62,989 nt of DNA from an uncultured Patescibacteria group bacterium (GCA_938017575.1 CALIJC010000009.1:1-62989); one strand, 5' to 3'. Positions 7,516 through 17,762 are shown, counted from the stretch's first letter. Notes: generated from the sequence alone by a model not told the origin. Numbers and translations: made by a program.

Positions 7516-10500
7516 TTAAGTGCTTTTCTCAATCCATTCACGTGCTGCAACAAAAGCCATTGCCCATGGGGTTATTTGGTCTTGGTTGTTAGTCTTTGGA
7601 TAATTTGCCCAGTTCCATGAAAACAGTGACCTCTCTATATGGGGCATCATAGCCAAGTGTCTACCGTCTTTGGAAACCAATCCTGCCGCTGAAAATTCTG
7701 AACCATTTGGATTAGCTGGGTAGTCAGGGTACGAATATTTGATAGCAATATCGTAATCAGATTCATTTGCTAGATTGAATTTACCTTCTCCGTGAGCGAC
7801 CCAAATACCAAGTCGACTACCTGAAAGTGAGGATAGTATTATAGAGTTGGTTTTAGGTATATCAACATTCACAAATCCACATTCAAATTTTTGCGAGTCG
7901 TTATGATCCATCTTTAAATGATTTTCTTTATATTCTGGCTCAATTAACCCCAGCTCCATCATTAACTGACAGCCATTACAAACACCTAGTGACAATGTGT
8001 CTGGTCTGGAGTAGAATTTATCTAGAGCTTTTTTGGCTTTGTCGTTATACAAAAATGAACCGGCCCAACCTTTGGCAGACCCAAGAACATCAGAATTAGA
8101 AAATCCTCCAGTAAACACAATCATATTTAGCTCGCTCAAATCTTCACGTCCTGAAATTAAATCCGTCATGTGAATATCCTTGACATCAAAACCGGCCATA
8201 TATAATCCGTAAGCCATTTCTCTGTCGCCATTTATTCCTTTTTCTCTAATAATTCCAGCTTTTGGTTTGTTTTCAATCTTTGGCAAATCAGCTCTTTTCG
8301 AAATATATTCTTTGGGGAAAGCAAATTTCAGTGGCTGAGTACCAAGGTTTGATTGTCTAATATTGGCCTGCTCCCTATTGGTTTGGAGGGTGTCAAAATT
8401 GTGAGAGGTTTTGTTCCAAATATTTCTATAAAAATCAATATCTAATTTGTGTAATTCTTTACCGCTAGTTATTTGCAATTCTCTGGAATTACTTGTTCCA
8501 CCAATCTCATAAAAATCAATTGAGCTAGTTTTCAAAATATCAGTAAAAGAATTTGTGTGTTTTTTCTCTACCTGCACAACTAGGCCAGGCTTTTCACTAA
8601 AGAGCGTGTTAATTATATCACTATTTATTTCAGTTAAATCAATATCTAAGCCACCATTTTGGTTAGCAAAACACATCTCCAAAAGTGTTGTAATTAAACC
8701 ACCAGCCGAGACATCGTGACCAGCAGCAATCAAATTGTTTTTAATTAATTTTTGAACAGTCTTGAAAGTTTTTGCTACGTACTCTGGATTATCCACAGTG
8801 CAAGATTTACTACCAACACCTCCAAGAACTTGAGCAAAGCTAGATCCTCCCAATTCAAAGTCAGATTTAGTAATATCAATATAATAAATCAATGAATCAA
8901 TACTCGTATCAATACCAGGTTCGATTACTTTTGAAACGTCACTAATTTCACTACATGCAGAAATAATAACACTGCCAGGGGATAGAACAACTTGGCCATC
9001 GTCATAGGTTTGTTTCATAGAAAGTGAATCTTTACCTGTAGGAATATTTACACCTAATTCCACACAAAAATCTCCAAGAGATTCAACAGCTCGATACAAT
9101 CGGGCATTTTGGCTAGGGTTTTTTGCCGGCCACATCCAGTTAGCACTGAGTGAAACAGTACCTAATCCACCAGTTAAGGGTGCCCACACCAAATTAGTTA
9201 GAGATTTTACAACTGAGAGTTTAGATCCATTTGCTGAGTCAATTAAACCAGCAGCAGGTGCGTGGCCGATTGATGTGGCGATTCCTTTTTGGCTAGAATA
9301 ATCAATAGTCATGGCACCTAGGTTATTCAATGGAAGTTGTAGCTCGCCGCAGGTTTGTTGTTTGGCGACTTTTCCAGTGACACATCTGTCGACTTTGTTT
9401 GTAAGCCAGTCTTTGTTTGATACCGCCTCTAGTTGTAGTACTGATTCTAAATATTTTTCCAGGTTTTTTTGGTCGAATTCGAGCTCATCATATTCAGTAG
9501 TTGTTGCATTATCCTCTAATATGGTTTTTGGTGGATTACCAAACATATCACCGAGTTCCCAATCAATTGGCTTATCTCCTGTTTCTCTATCAACAAAAGT
9601 CAGTCTCATATCGCCAGTAACTTGACCACAGACATAAATAGGTGACCGTTCTCGCTGGGCAATCTCAGTCAACATGTTAATGTCTCGAGGATCTACAATC
9701 AAACCCATTCTTTCTTGGGACTCGTTACCAATAATCTCCTTGGCACTGAGTGTCAAATCTCCAATTGGTAGTTTATCAATGTAAACTTCTCCACCAACTT
9801 CCTCCACCAGTTCAGAAAGACAATTTAGGTGTCCTCCAGCGCCGTGATCGTGTAAAGAAATTATAGGGTTTGTAGTCATCTCCACAAAAGCCCTAATCGT
9901 GTTTGAGACTCTTTTTTGCATTTCTGGATTAGCTCGCTGGACTGCATTTAAAACCACGGTATTTTCTAGCTCCCCACCTCCAACAGACGAAACAGCACCT
10001 CCACCTAATCCAATGCGATAGTTGTCTCCACCTAAAACAACAATTAAATCACCTTTTTTTGGTTTTGCTTTGAAAGCCTGATCTTTTTTACCAAATCCAA
10101 TTCCACCGGCTTGCATGATTACTTTATCAAATCCAGTAACATTACCATCTTGTGTATTTTCAAAAGTTAACAGGGAACCGCAAATTAACGGTTGTCCAAA
10201 TTTATTTCCAAAATCACTAGCACCATTAGAGGCTTTTATTAAAATATCTTCTGGAGACTGATAAAGCCAATCTCGAGGTTTAGTTAGGTTTTCAAACGAC
10301 CTGCCAAATCTCGGATAAGAAGTCATATAAACTGCGGTCCCAGCAAGGGGAATGCTACCAATTCCACCAGCCATTCTGTCTCTAATTTCGCCGCCGCTAC
10401 CAGTTGCTGCTCCATTAAAAGGCTCTACAGTGGTAGGAAAATTATGAGTTTCTGCCTTGAGGGAAATTACGGATTCAAAATCTGACTCGCTAAAATATGA

Positions 10501-11190
10501 AGGTTTGGTTGGGTCTTTTGGAGAAAATTGAACCGATTTAGGTCCATCAATAAATGCCACATTGTCTTTATATGCAGACACAACCAGACCTGGAGTTTCT
10601 TTGGTAGTTTTTTTAATATGTTCAAAAAGAGTTTTAGGCTGTTTTACTCCATCAATAATAAAATCTCCATTAAAGATTTTGTGCCTACAATGCTCTGAGT
10701 TTACCTGAGTAAAGCCAAAAATCTCACTGTCTGTTAGGTTTCTGCCTATTTTTTTAGCAACAGATTCTAGATAATCAACCTCATCATCAGTTAGGGCTAG
10801 ACCTTCTTTTTTTCTATAATCAGCAATATTATCAATACTGAGAATGGGTTCTTTTTGAATCTCTAATACGAATATGTTTTGAGTTAGGTTTTCAATAACG
10901 CACTCTGTCATTGGGTCATGTCTTGAGTGGTTTTTAGAATCAATTTTGGTGTATTTTTCAACCCTTTTGATGTCACTCAAATTCATATTGTTAATCACCT
11001 CAACAACATTGGTACTCCATGGAGAAACAGTTTCAATCCTTGGGCCAACAAAAATTCCCTCAATAGTTTCTGTCTCATTTTGCTGGGTTTCAAATAACCA
11101 TTCTAGTTTTTGTAAATCTTTTTGACCTAGTTTTTTTCCTGTCTCTACTACAAAATAATCTTTCCCGCGCGCCCCAAAAAATAATATCAT
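7516..11190 (-). CDS. purL: Phosphoribosylformylglycinamidine synthase, single-chain large type
   Basis: About 1224 aa from the ATG at 11190 (MILFFGARG). Contains the NSEHCRHKIF motif and AIR-synthase-like repeats. The C-terminal GATase carries GVCNGCQLM and HGEG. Confidence 0.95.
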   Translation of the reverse strand: MILFFGARGKDYFVVETGKKLGQKDLQKLEWLFETQQNETETIEGIFVGPRIETVSPWSTNVVEVINNMNLSDIKRVEKYTKIDSKNHSRHDPMTECVIENLTQNIFVLEIQKEPILSIDNIADYRKKEGLALTDDEVDYLESVAKKIGRNLTDSEIFGFTQVNSEHCRHKIFNGDFIIDGVKQPKTLFEHIKKTTKETPGLVVSAYKDNVAFIDGPKSVQFSPKDPTKPSYFSESDFESVISLKAETHNFPTTVEPFNGAATGSGGEIRDRMAGGIGSIPLAGTAVYMTSYPRFGRSFENLTKPRDWLYQSPEDILIKASNGASDFGNKFGQPLICGSLLTFENTQDGNVTGFDKVIMQAGGIGFGKKDQAFKAKPKKGDLIVVLGGDNYRIGLGGGAVSSVGGGELENTVVLNAVQRANPEMQKRVSNTIRAFVEMTTNPIISLHDHGAGGHLNCLSELVEEVGGEVYIDKLPIGDLTLSAKEIIGNESQERMGLIVDPRDINMLTEIAQRERSPIYVCGQVTGDMRLTFVDRETGDKPIDWELGDMFGNPPKTILEDNATTTEYDELEFDQKNLEKYLESVLQLEAVSNKDWLTNKVDRCVTGKVAKQQTCGELQLPLNNLGAMTIDYSSQKGIATSIGHAPAAGLIDSANGSKLSVVKSLTNLVWAPLTGGLGTVSLSANWMWPAKNPSQNARLYRAVESLGDFCVELGVNIPTGKDSLSMKQTYDDGQVVLSPGSVIISACSEISDVSKVIEPGIDTSIDSLIYYIDITKSDFELGGSSFAQVLGGVGSKSCTVDNPEYVAKTFKTVQKLIKNNLIAAGHDVSAGGLITTLLEMCFANQNGGLDIDLTEINSDIINTLFSEKPGLVVQVEKKHTNSFTDILKTSSIDFYEIGGTSNSRELQITSGKELHKLDIDFYRNIWNKTSHNFDTLQTNREQANIRQSNLGTQPLKFAFPKEYISKRADLPKIENKPKAGIIREKGINGDREMAYGLYMAGFDVKDIHMTDLISGREDLSELNMIVFTGGFSNSDVLGSAKGWAGSFLYNDKAKKALDKFYSRPDTLSLGVCNGCQLMMELGLIEPEYKENHLKMDHNDSQKFECGFVNVDIPKTNSIILSSLSGSRLGIWVAHGEGKFNLANESDYDIAIKYSYPDYPANPNGSEFSAAGLVSKDGRHLAMMPHIERSLFSWNWANYPKTNNQDQITPWAMAFVAAREWIEKST

Positions 11191-11268
11191 AAAATTGCTT
11201 ATAGATAGATTAGGGCGAAGCCGCAAATAATTGTCAATATTACCTATACAAGGGTAGGTACTAATAAT

Positions 11269-11598
11269 CTATAGAAAAACTGCAATTATAGTAGTAGTAA
11301 TCACCAAACAACCTAGTATATTCTTTTTTGTTTTTGATAACTCTTTGTTTCTCCAAATGACTCCTAGCAGTAAAATCAGAGCCAGCACTAGTAGTTTCAT
11401 CATTACCTTTAATCCGTTAATCTCATCAATCTTTAGTGATGTTAAAACAATACCAGAAATCAGCTGAATTATAGAAGCTAAATAAAATAGTCGAGGTAAT
11501 TTCATTTTTTGATCTTTTTTAATCATCCCTAGAGATGAAATTACACCAGCAAATCCAAACAGATGAATAAACCTAAATGATAAAATTAATAATTCCAT
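11269..11598 (-). CDS. Small integral membrane protein (hypothetical)
   Basis: 109 aa with about 4 hydrophobic helices. ATG start. Confidence 0.45.
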   Translation of the reverse strand: MELLILSFRFIHLFGFAGVISSLGMIKKDQKMKLPRLFYLASIIQLISGIVLTSLKIDEINGLKVMMKLLVLALILLLGVIWRNKELSKTKKNILGCLVITTTIIAVFL

Positions 11599-11693
11599 AT
11601 TTATGTTATGAGTAAAATATTATTATATTGTCAATTGACCGAAGTTATGCTATATTTATCGAGTTCGTTGTGAATTTCGTTGGAGAAGAAAAC

Positions 11694-11942
11694 GTGAAGA
11701 AGCAATCTATTATTTTATTTTTGCCATTACTTCTAATAACAGCCTTATTTTCTAGCTGTTCAAGTGAGCAGCAGGTGAACCCGCTGAACATAAACAAAGC
11801 AGGGGTGAATTCTGAAGAGCTAAAAAAAGAGAAAGGGACATCCAACTGTCAGTATACCAAGAGACAACTAGATGAAGTTAAAAAATCTGGATATACTAGT
11901 GAATTGAGACAGGCTGAGAAGCTAGTCGAAGAGTCTTGCTAA
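11694..11942 (+). CDS. Small lipoprotein (hypothetical)
   Basis: GTG at 11694 preceded by ggaga. Lipobox LFSSC within KKQSIILFLPLLLITALFSSCSS. The track ORF begins earlier, at 11628. Confidence 0.5.
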   Translation: MKKQSIILFLPLLLITALFSSCSSEQQVNPLNINKAGVNSEELKKEKGTSNCQYTKRQLDEVKKSGYTSELRQAEKLVEESC

Positions 11943-11982
11943 AGTAGCCAAATTCATCAAGTAGATTCATGCGCAGAGTTTA

Positions 11983-12897
11983 TTAACTTTGCGCTTTATG
12001 TTTTTCTATTACTTCTATGATTGGCGTAAATAAATCTGTCTGATAAAGAGTTTCTTTTTGGTTCAAAACAGTCAAAAGCCTTTCATATCCAGCACCCGTA
12101 TCAATGTTTCTCACAGACAAATCAGATAAGTTTTTTGGTTCGCTGTTTTCATCTTTTTCACCCTCATATTGCATGAAAACATTATTCCAGATTTCTACAA
12201 TTTGATTTTCCAAGAAATCCTCAATTTGTTCACCGGACAAATTTCCCAACACCGACTGCTCAAAATCTAATGGGTTTTCATCCATCAAATAATACACTTC
12301 TGAGCATGGCCCACACGGTCCTTTATAAGGGAGACCCCACCAATTATCATTTCCACTTTTTTGAGTTATTCTATAAATATATTTTTGATCTGGTTTGTTG
12401 TTTTCTGGGTTTTTAAAGTCATATTCGACACCTGTTGTTGGCTCCACACCAGATTTATCAAATAAATCCTGCCAAACTTTTATGGCTTCATGATCAGCCT
12501 TAACATCGCCGCAGCCTCTGTAAACTGTAACAAATAATCTACGAGGATCTAATCCTAAATAGTCCGGGCTAGTCAAAAATTCATACGTATATTTGATTGA
12601 ATCTTCTTTGAAATAATCACCTAGTGACCAAACACCCATCATCTCAAAAAAGGTTAGGTGTCGATTGTCGCCAACTTCTTCTATATCTCCAGTTCTAATA
12701 CATTTTTGTAAATTTGCTAAACGATTTCCTGCTGGATGAGTCTGGCCAAGTAAATATGGAATTAGTGGCTGCATTCCAGCAGTTGTAAACAAAACAGTCG
12801 GATCTTCTTTTGGCACTAAAGAGCTTGAAGGAAGTATCGAGTGGTTTTTTGATTCATAAAATTTGATAAATTTCTCTCTGAGTTCTTTGGAGTTCAT
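11983..12897 (-). CDS. Stand-alone alanyl-tRNA synthetase catalytic-core protein (truncated AlaRS homologue)
   Basis: Class II AlaRS N-terminal signature: FIKFYESKNHSILPSSSLVP..DPTVLFTTAGMQ, RHLTFFEMMGVWS and motif-3 region DTGAGYERL. The ORF stops about 40 aa after that. The tRNA-recognition, editing and C-Ala domains are absent. Confidence 0.85.
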   Translation of the reverse strand: MNSKELREKFIKFYESKNHSILPSSSLVPKEDPTVLFTTAGMQPLIPYLLGQTHPAGNRLANLQKCIRTGDIEEVGDNRHLTFFEMMGVWSLGDYFKEDSIKYTYEFLTSPDYLGLDPRRLFVTVYRGCGDVKADHEAIKVWQDLFDKSGVEPTTGVEYDFKNPENNKPDQKYIYRITQKSGNDNWWGLPYKGPCGPCSEVYYLMDENPLDFEQSVLGNLSGEQIEDFLENQIVEIWNNVFMQYEGEKDENSEPKNLSDLSVRNIDTGAGYERLLTVLNQKETLYQTDLFTPIIEVIEKHKAQS

Positions 12898-12899
12898 AA

Positions 12900-13307
12900 T
12901 TATTTAAATAGTTTAGAATGAATATAGATTATTGCACTAGTTATTATTATCCCGAGCGTGGAACTAACCAAGGCGTCTGTTAGTTGAGCCTCTGATTGGA
13001 TTAAACTTTTCTCTTCTTGTTTGTCTTCGCATTCATCTATCTCTTCTTGGGATAGCTTGTCTTCAATAGGACCAAAATCCTGCCTGCCATTGATAATTTT
13101 TGAAGGGTTCTCATCCCAGCCACCAGCTTTTTCTACAATACATTGTTCATAAACAAAAGTCTCTCTACCTGGTTTAAGATCTGTAAAAACAAAGTTAACT
13201 AAAATTGATATTAACAAAGTGTAGATAGAAATCCCCAAGATTAAAATACTCACACCAGTTACAAAATAATAATAGAATTGTTTTGCCCAATGTGAATTTG
13301 ATTTCAT
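12900..13307 (-). CDS. Two-TM membrane protein, paralogue of the 13313..13651 gene
   Basis: N-terminal NSHWAKQFYYYFVTGVSILILGISIYTLL compares with NSHWVKILYYYLVIAGCLLFFSIGLYWLS in its neighbour. C-terminal TM helix. Confidence 0.5.
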   Translation of the reverse strand: MKSNSHWAKQFYYYFVTGVSILILGISIYTLLISILVNFVFTDLKPGRETFVYEQCIVEKAGGWDENPSKIINGRQDFGPIEDKLSQEEIDECEDKQEEKSLIQSEAQLTDALVSSTLGIIITSAIIYIHSKLFK

Positions 13308-13312
13308 AGTTA

Positions 13313-13651
13313 TTAATCTTTAATTTTTATAATTTTGGTGTGTAAGAAATATATTGCAACTGAGACCACCATCATCAGTGTCGAATTAAGAATATCTTCT
13401 TGGTATCTGATACTAATCTCCTTTGATCTGCGAGATTCGTCAACATATGAAAACGTGTTTTCGTTAACAACAGGAAAGAAAGTATTGATAATTACAGCCC
13501 TACTAAGCCAGTATAAGCCAATCGAAAAGAACAAAAGACATCCTGCAATCACTAAATAATAATATAATATCTTTACCCAATGGGAATTATTCTGACTTTC
13601 TTTGACTGGTTTATTAATCTTTTTTGGAGATTTTTTTTTATTTTCAGACAT
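13313..13651 (-). CDS. Two-TM membrane protein, paralogue of the 12900..13307 gene
   Basis: Same architecture and shared N-terminal motif. Tandem arrangement with a 5-nt gap. Confidence 0.5.
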   Translation of the reverse strand: MSENKKKSPKKINKPVKESQNNSHWVKILYYYLVIAGCLLFFSIGLYWLSRAVIINTFFPVVNENTFSYVDESRRSKEISIRYQEDILNSTLMMVVSVAIYFLHTKIIKIKD

Positions 13652-13671
13652 AAGTTAGAAAATGAGAAACT

Positions 13672-14652
13672 TTATAAGATCTCAATTTTTTGGATTTTTA
13701 TTTCCTGATTTGGTCTACCATCTTTTGTATCAGCTTCACTATCATCAACAGGATCAACCTCATCGGTGATTTTATCAAGCACGGCAAAATCTTCGCTGTC
13801 AACAATTCCAAAAACAGTATACTGTGCAGGCAAGGTTGTGTCATTCAAAGTTACAAAGAATTGACTACCAGCAGAGTCAGGAGCTGATGTTTTAGCCATA
13901 ATCAATAATCCTTTTCGGTATTTTACAGTTCCAGTGGTTTTGTCGAAATCTTCATATAGACTAGTGTCACTAAACACAGGGTCGTTTGTAATTGCTAATG
14001 AACCTTCAGATTGATTTGTTTCTGGCTCAACTTCCCAAAGTTCATCTGGAATTGGTGTACCAAATGCACTTGCCCCTCCTGTTCCAGTTCCGTCTGGGTC
14101 TCCACCCTGAATAACGCTAAATGTAGGACCTTCAACCATTCTATGGAAAATCTGGTTGTTATAATATTCTCGATAAGTTAACCTCAGAAAACTCTCTGTT
14201 GTTTTTGGTGCGGCCTGATCTTGGAGGGCAACTTTTATTTCACCATAATTAGTTTCAATAGCTACGTTTTGGTCTTGGAAATTCAAAACCTCATCTTCGG
14301 CAGCTAATTGGTCTTCGTTGGTTTGGTTATCTTCTTGGGCTTGGGCAGTTTGGTTGTCGTCATTAAATTCTTCCTCTCCAGTAATCTTTGGAATATATGT
14401 GTTATTTAACCAAACAAATCCTGCAATTATAGCCACACTAACAATAACTTTGAAAATCTTTGACAAGGCTTTTGTAAAATCCAGATCCTTTTGTTTTTTC
14501 TCAGTTGATGGGTTGTTTATGACTGTTTCTTTGATTTCAGTAGGGTTTTTTTCTACCTTGGTTTTTGTCTCAGCAATTTCTTTTTTGCTTGCTTTAGAAA
14601 CTGTTTTTTTGATAACCTTTTTCTTCTTTTTAGAGGTAACTTTTTTAGCCAT
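13672..14652 (-). CDS. Cyclophilin-type peptidyl-prolyl isomerase with Lys-rich N-terminus and TM anchor
   Basis: FHRMV..VIQGGDPDGTGTGG and GLLIMAKTS..SAGSQFFVT motifs. The N-terminal 60 aa are K-rich and are followed by a TM helix. Confidence 0.85.
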   Translation of the reverse strand: MAKKVTSKKKKKVIKKTVSKASKKEIAETKTKVEKNPTEIKETVINNPSTEKKQKDLDFTKALSKIFKVIVSVAIIAGFVWLNNTYIPKITGEEEFNDDNQTAQAQEDNQTNEDQLAAEDEVLNFQDQNVAIETNYGEIKVALQDQAAPKTTESFLRLTYREYYNNQIFHRMVEGPTFSVIQGGDPDGTGTGGASAFGTPIPDELWEVEPETNQSEGSLAITNDPVFSDTSLYEDFDKTTGTVKYRKGLLIMAKTSAPDSAGSQFFVTLNDTTLPAQYTVFGIVDSEDFAVLDKITDEVDPVDDSEADTKDGRPNQEIKIQKIEIL

Positions 14653-14827
14653 AATTGTATTGTTCTATATACATTTAACTAAAAGAAGTAAAAAAGTCAA
14701 GCTGCTAAATACCCTTAAAACGGTCTGAATAAAACCAAGATGAAGTTAATTATATAATAATATTATTCATGTAAAAACTTATCTTTGAGGCTGCAGCGAC
14801 GAGTATTTGACATTTATATGAAATTAT

Positions 14828-15451
14828 ATGAACATTTTTCTATATATGACCTTTGGAGAATTACGTAAAAAATTAATAAATAGGTGGTTAGTCGTAGCTA
14901 TCTTGATTATAGTGACTAATTTAGTCCTTTTACCTAGAATCAACCAAGAATCATACGTGGCTAGCATTGGTTTTGGTTTGAATCCAAGTACACAAAAAAC
15001 AGACGATTCTCTTTCAGCTGGGAATAATGGGGAGGGTTATGGTCTAGTATTAGAGCAGCTTAGCTTGTATATATCAAATAGGTTTAGCTCAATAGAAATC
15101 CAATCAAAAATTGCCAGCGAGTTAGGTTTTGAATCCAATTACAAAGTCGAGAGTCCTTTCTATGATGTTAATCCGCAGCAAGCCGGTTTTGTTAGTTTGA
15201 CTTATTCTAATCCTAACAAAGAAAATGCTGAAAAGTTTTTCCCAGCAACTAAAACTGTCTACCAACAAATAATTAATGAATGGAACAGTAGTCGCCCTGA
15301 GGTTTATAAAATTAGAGCAATGAAAGACTTTAATCAGTCAGTTAGTGTAAATTCTCCAACCAAGCAATTCCAAATTCTGCCAACTCTAGTTGGTTTGCTA
15401 GTTGGGTTAGCAATTATTCTAACTATACCTTTGAAATCAAATAAAAAATAA
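14828..15451 (+). CDS. Membrane protein with Wzz-like topology (hypothetical)
   Basis: TM helices near both termini flank a soluble domain. The N-terminus ELRKKLINRWLVVAILIIV resembles chain-length-determinant proteins. The call is weak. Confidence 0.4.
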   Translation: MNIFLYMTFGELRKKLINRWLVVAILIIVTNLVLLPRINQESYVASIGFGLNPSTQKTDDSLSAGNNGEGYGLVLEQLSLYISNRFSSIEIQSKIASELGFESNYKVESPFYDVNPQQAGFVSLTYSNPNKENAEKFFPATKTVYQQIINEWNSSRPEVYKIRAMKDFNQSVSVNSPTKQFQILPTLVGLLVGLAIILTIPLKSNKK

Positions 15452-15457
15452 TTTAAT

Positions 15458-16015
15458 ATGGATATTGTTGTAGGAATTATAGCACTAAACGCATTTATAT
15501 TTGTACTGCCTTATATTTACAGTTTTGGGCCAGGCGGGAGTAGTTTTTTGTATTTTATTTCTCAGGGCTGGAAAAGTAATAGTGAAATTAGTGACGGTGA
15601 GTATTTTCGATTATTAACAGCAACATTTCTCCATGGTGGCTTTTTTCATTTGTTTGTGAACATGTACTCACTGTTTCAAATTGGGCCAATAGTTCTAGCA
15701 GCTTTCAAAGGGCCGATTTGGTTTAGTGTAATTTATCTAGGTAGTGGAATTTTTGGCAATCTATTCTCATTCTTTTTCAACCCTTCTCCTAGTGTAGGAG
15801 CCAGCGGTGCAATTATGGGGTTAATGGGCTCGCTGTTTTCTTATGGCGTTTACACTGGAAATTATTCTATCCTTAGCTCAATATTTTTAAACTTGGTAAT
15901 TATTGCACTATATGGTTTATCCACCAGCTACATTGATAACTGGGGTCACTTTGGAGGTTTTATTGGTGGCTTTTTAATAGCAATGATTCTACTATATTCT
16001 GGACTTGTGGCATAG
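15458..16015 (+). CDS. Rhomboid family intramembrane serine protease
   Basis: GASGAIMGLMG (catalytic Ser), HFGGFIGG (catalytic His) and a HGGFFHLFVNM motif. Confidence 0.8.
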   Translation: MDIVVGIIALNAFIFVLPYIYSFGPGGSSFLYFISQGWKSNSEISDGEYFRLLTATFLHGGFFHLFVNMYSLFQIGPIVLAAFKGPIWFSVIYLGSGIFGNLFSFFFNPSPSVGASGAIMGLMGSLFSYGVYTGNYSILSSIFLNLVIIALYGLSTSYIDNWGHFGGFIGGFLIAMILLYSGLVA

Positions 16016-16016
16016 T

Positions 16017-17762
16017 ATGCAAATTCTCACAGTCAAAGACCTAGATTTTCATTTCTCCCCGCAAAAGGTGGTTTTTGATAAGGCTTCTTTTTCCCTAGAT
16101 TCAGATAATATTTGCGGCCTGGTTGGAAAAAACGGAAGTGGTAAATCCACGCTATTTGACATCGTCAGCCAAAAAATAGAAGCCGACAAAGGCGATATTA
16201 TTACACCAAAAAACCTGGTTATTTCTAAAATGCAGCAATCGGTCAAAGCAGCAGGAACAATTGGGCATTTCCTAAACAAAGATTATGATGACTTAACTCA
16301 GGATCACAAAGAATTAATTAGTTTTTTGAAAATTCCCAGTTTTGAAATATTTTTAAAAACTCTTTCTGGAGGTCAGCTACAGAGACTTTCTCTGGCAAAA
16401 ACCTTGATGGATCATGCAGATTTATATTTACTAGACGAACCAACAAATCATCTAGATTTAGAAACTATCCAAAAACTAGAATTGTTTATAAGTAAATCCT
16501 CTTCTTCGTTCATGATAGTTAGTCATGATAGATATTTTCTAGATAGAGTATGCAATAAAATTATTGAAATTGATAAAGCTAAAATCTACGAGTACAGGGG
16601 CGGCTACAAATCTTTTTTGAAATCAAAACAAATTCGAAATTCTGTAGGATTAGAAAAACAAAGAAAAAAAGAAGAGTTTTTAACCAAAGAAAAACATTGG
16701 GTAGATAGTGGCGTAAAGGCTAGAGAAACTAAAAATAGAGCCAGGCTCAAAAGATACTATGAGATTCTCGATAGTGGGGATTTTTCTATCGAAAAACAAC
16801 CAAAATTACAGTTACCGAATATTAAACCTTTTGGTAAAAAAATCCTAAATCTAAAAAACCTTGAGGTTGGTATAGATAATTTAAAATTTATAAAAGATTT
16901 TGATTTCGAGTTCCAAGAAGGTTATAAAATTGGAATAGTTGGTAATAATGGAGCAGGAAAAACCACCATTGTAAAAACACTAATTGGCCAAATTGAACCC
17001 GCTAAAGGGAAGGTAATTCAAGGAATCAATACGGAAATAAATTATATAAGCCAAGAAAAAGATGATTTAAATTACGGCAATACTGTGTTTGATGAAATCA
17101 CAGAAAAAACACCTATGGTAAGCTTTGGGGATAAAAAAATTAACGCCTTTTTTTACCTTTCACAGTATTTATTCGAAAGTGAGAAACTTGACAGTATGGT
17201 TTCTCAACTAAGTGGGGGTGAAAAAGCTCGACTAGCTTTAGCCAAAGAAATAAAAAAAGGTGGAAATTTTTTGGTACTAGATGAGCCTACAAATGATTTA
17301 GATATTGATATGATTGAGGTTCTTGAAAAGGCCTTGATGGATTTCAAAGGGTGTGAACTAATTATTAGTCACGATAGGTTTTTCCTAGATAAAATCTGCA
17401 CTCATATACTATATATTTTTGGCGATGGTAGGTATTTACTCAGCCATGGGAATTGGTCAGATTTTGAAAAAAAATACCAAGACAGTCTAAAACCAACCAA
17501 GGTCCAATCCAAAAAAATTAACAAAAATGACCCCTATCAAAAATTTATTAATCGGCAGATAGAACAAAAAAGGAAAAAATCCAAGGATCTGGAAACACTC
17601 ATTGAAAAATATGAAGCCGAAAAATCCAAAACAGAAATAGCCATTAGCCAGCCAAATTTATATAATTCTGACTTAGAAAAGTTCACAAAGTTAACCAAAA
17701 GACTAGAGTTTTTGAATTCTAAAATAGATGAATTATGGGAAAATCTCTCTAGTCTAATTTGA
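16017..17762 (+). CDS. ABC-F family ATPase (two ABC domains, no TM domain)
   Basis: Two Walker A sites (GKNGSGKST, GNNGAGKTT), two LSGG signatures, a charged linker and a C-terminal coiled coil. I prefer the ATG at 16017 over the TTG at 16005. Confidence 0.9.
   Translation: MQILTVKDLDFHFSPQKVVFDKASFSLDSDNICGLVGKNGSGKSTLFDIVSQKIEADKGDIITPKNLVISKMQQSVKAAGTIGHFLNKDYDDLTQDHKELISFLKIPSFEIFLKTLSGGQLQRLSLAKTLMDHADLYLLDEPTNHLDLETIQKLELFISKSSSSFMIVSHDRYFLDRVCNKIIEIDKAKIYEYRGGYKSFLKSKQIRNSVGLEKQRKKEEFLTKEKHWVDSGVKARETKNRARLKRYYEILDSGDFSIEKQPKLQLPNIKPFGKKILNLKNLEVGIDNLKFIKDFDFEFQEGYKIGIVGNNGAGKTTIVKTLIGQIEPAKGKVIQGINTEINYISQEKDDLNYGNTVFDEITEKTPMVSFGDKKINAFFYLSQYLFESEKLDSMVSQLSGGEKARLALAKEIKKGGNFLVLDEPTNDLDIDMIEVLEKALMDFKGCELIISHDRFFLDKICTHILYIFGDGRYLLSHGNWSDFEKKYQDSLKPTKVQSKKINKNDPYQKFINRQIEQKRKKSKDLETLIEKYEAEKSKTEIAISQPNLYNSDLEKFTKLTKRLEFLNSKIDELWENLSSLI

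Noticed and set aside
9311-9625. Antisense ORFs inside purL (9311..9625) and gyrA (46336..46596, 46957..47229)
   Set aside because: They are embedded in strongly supported long genes and have no independent signals.
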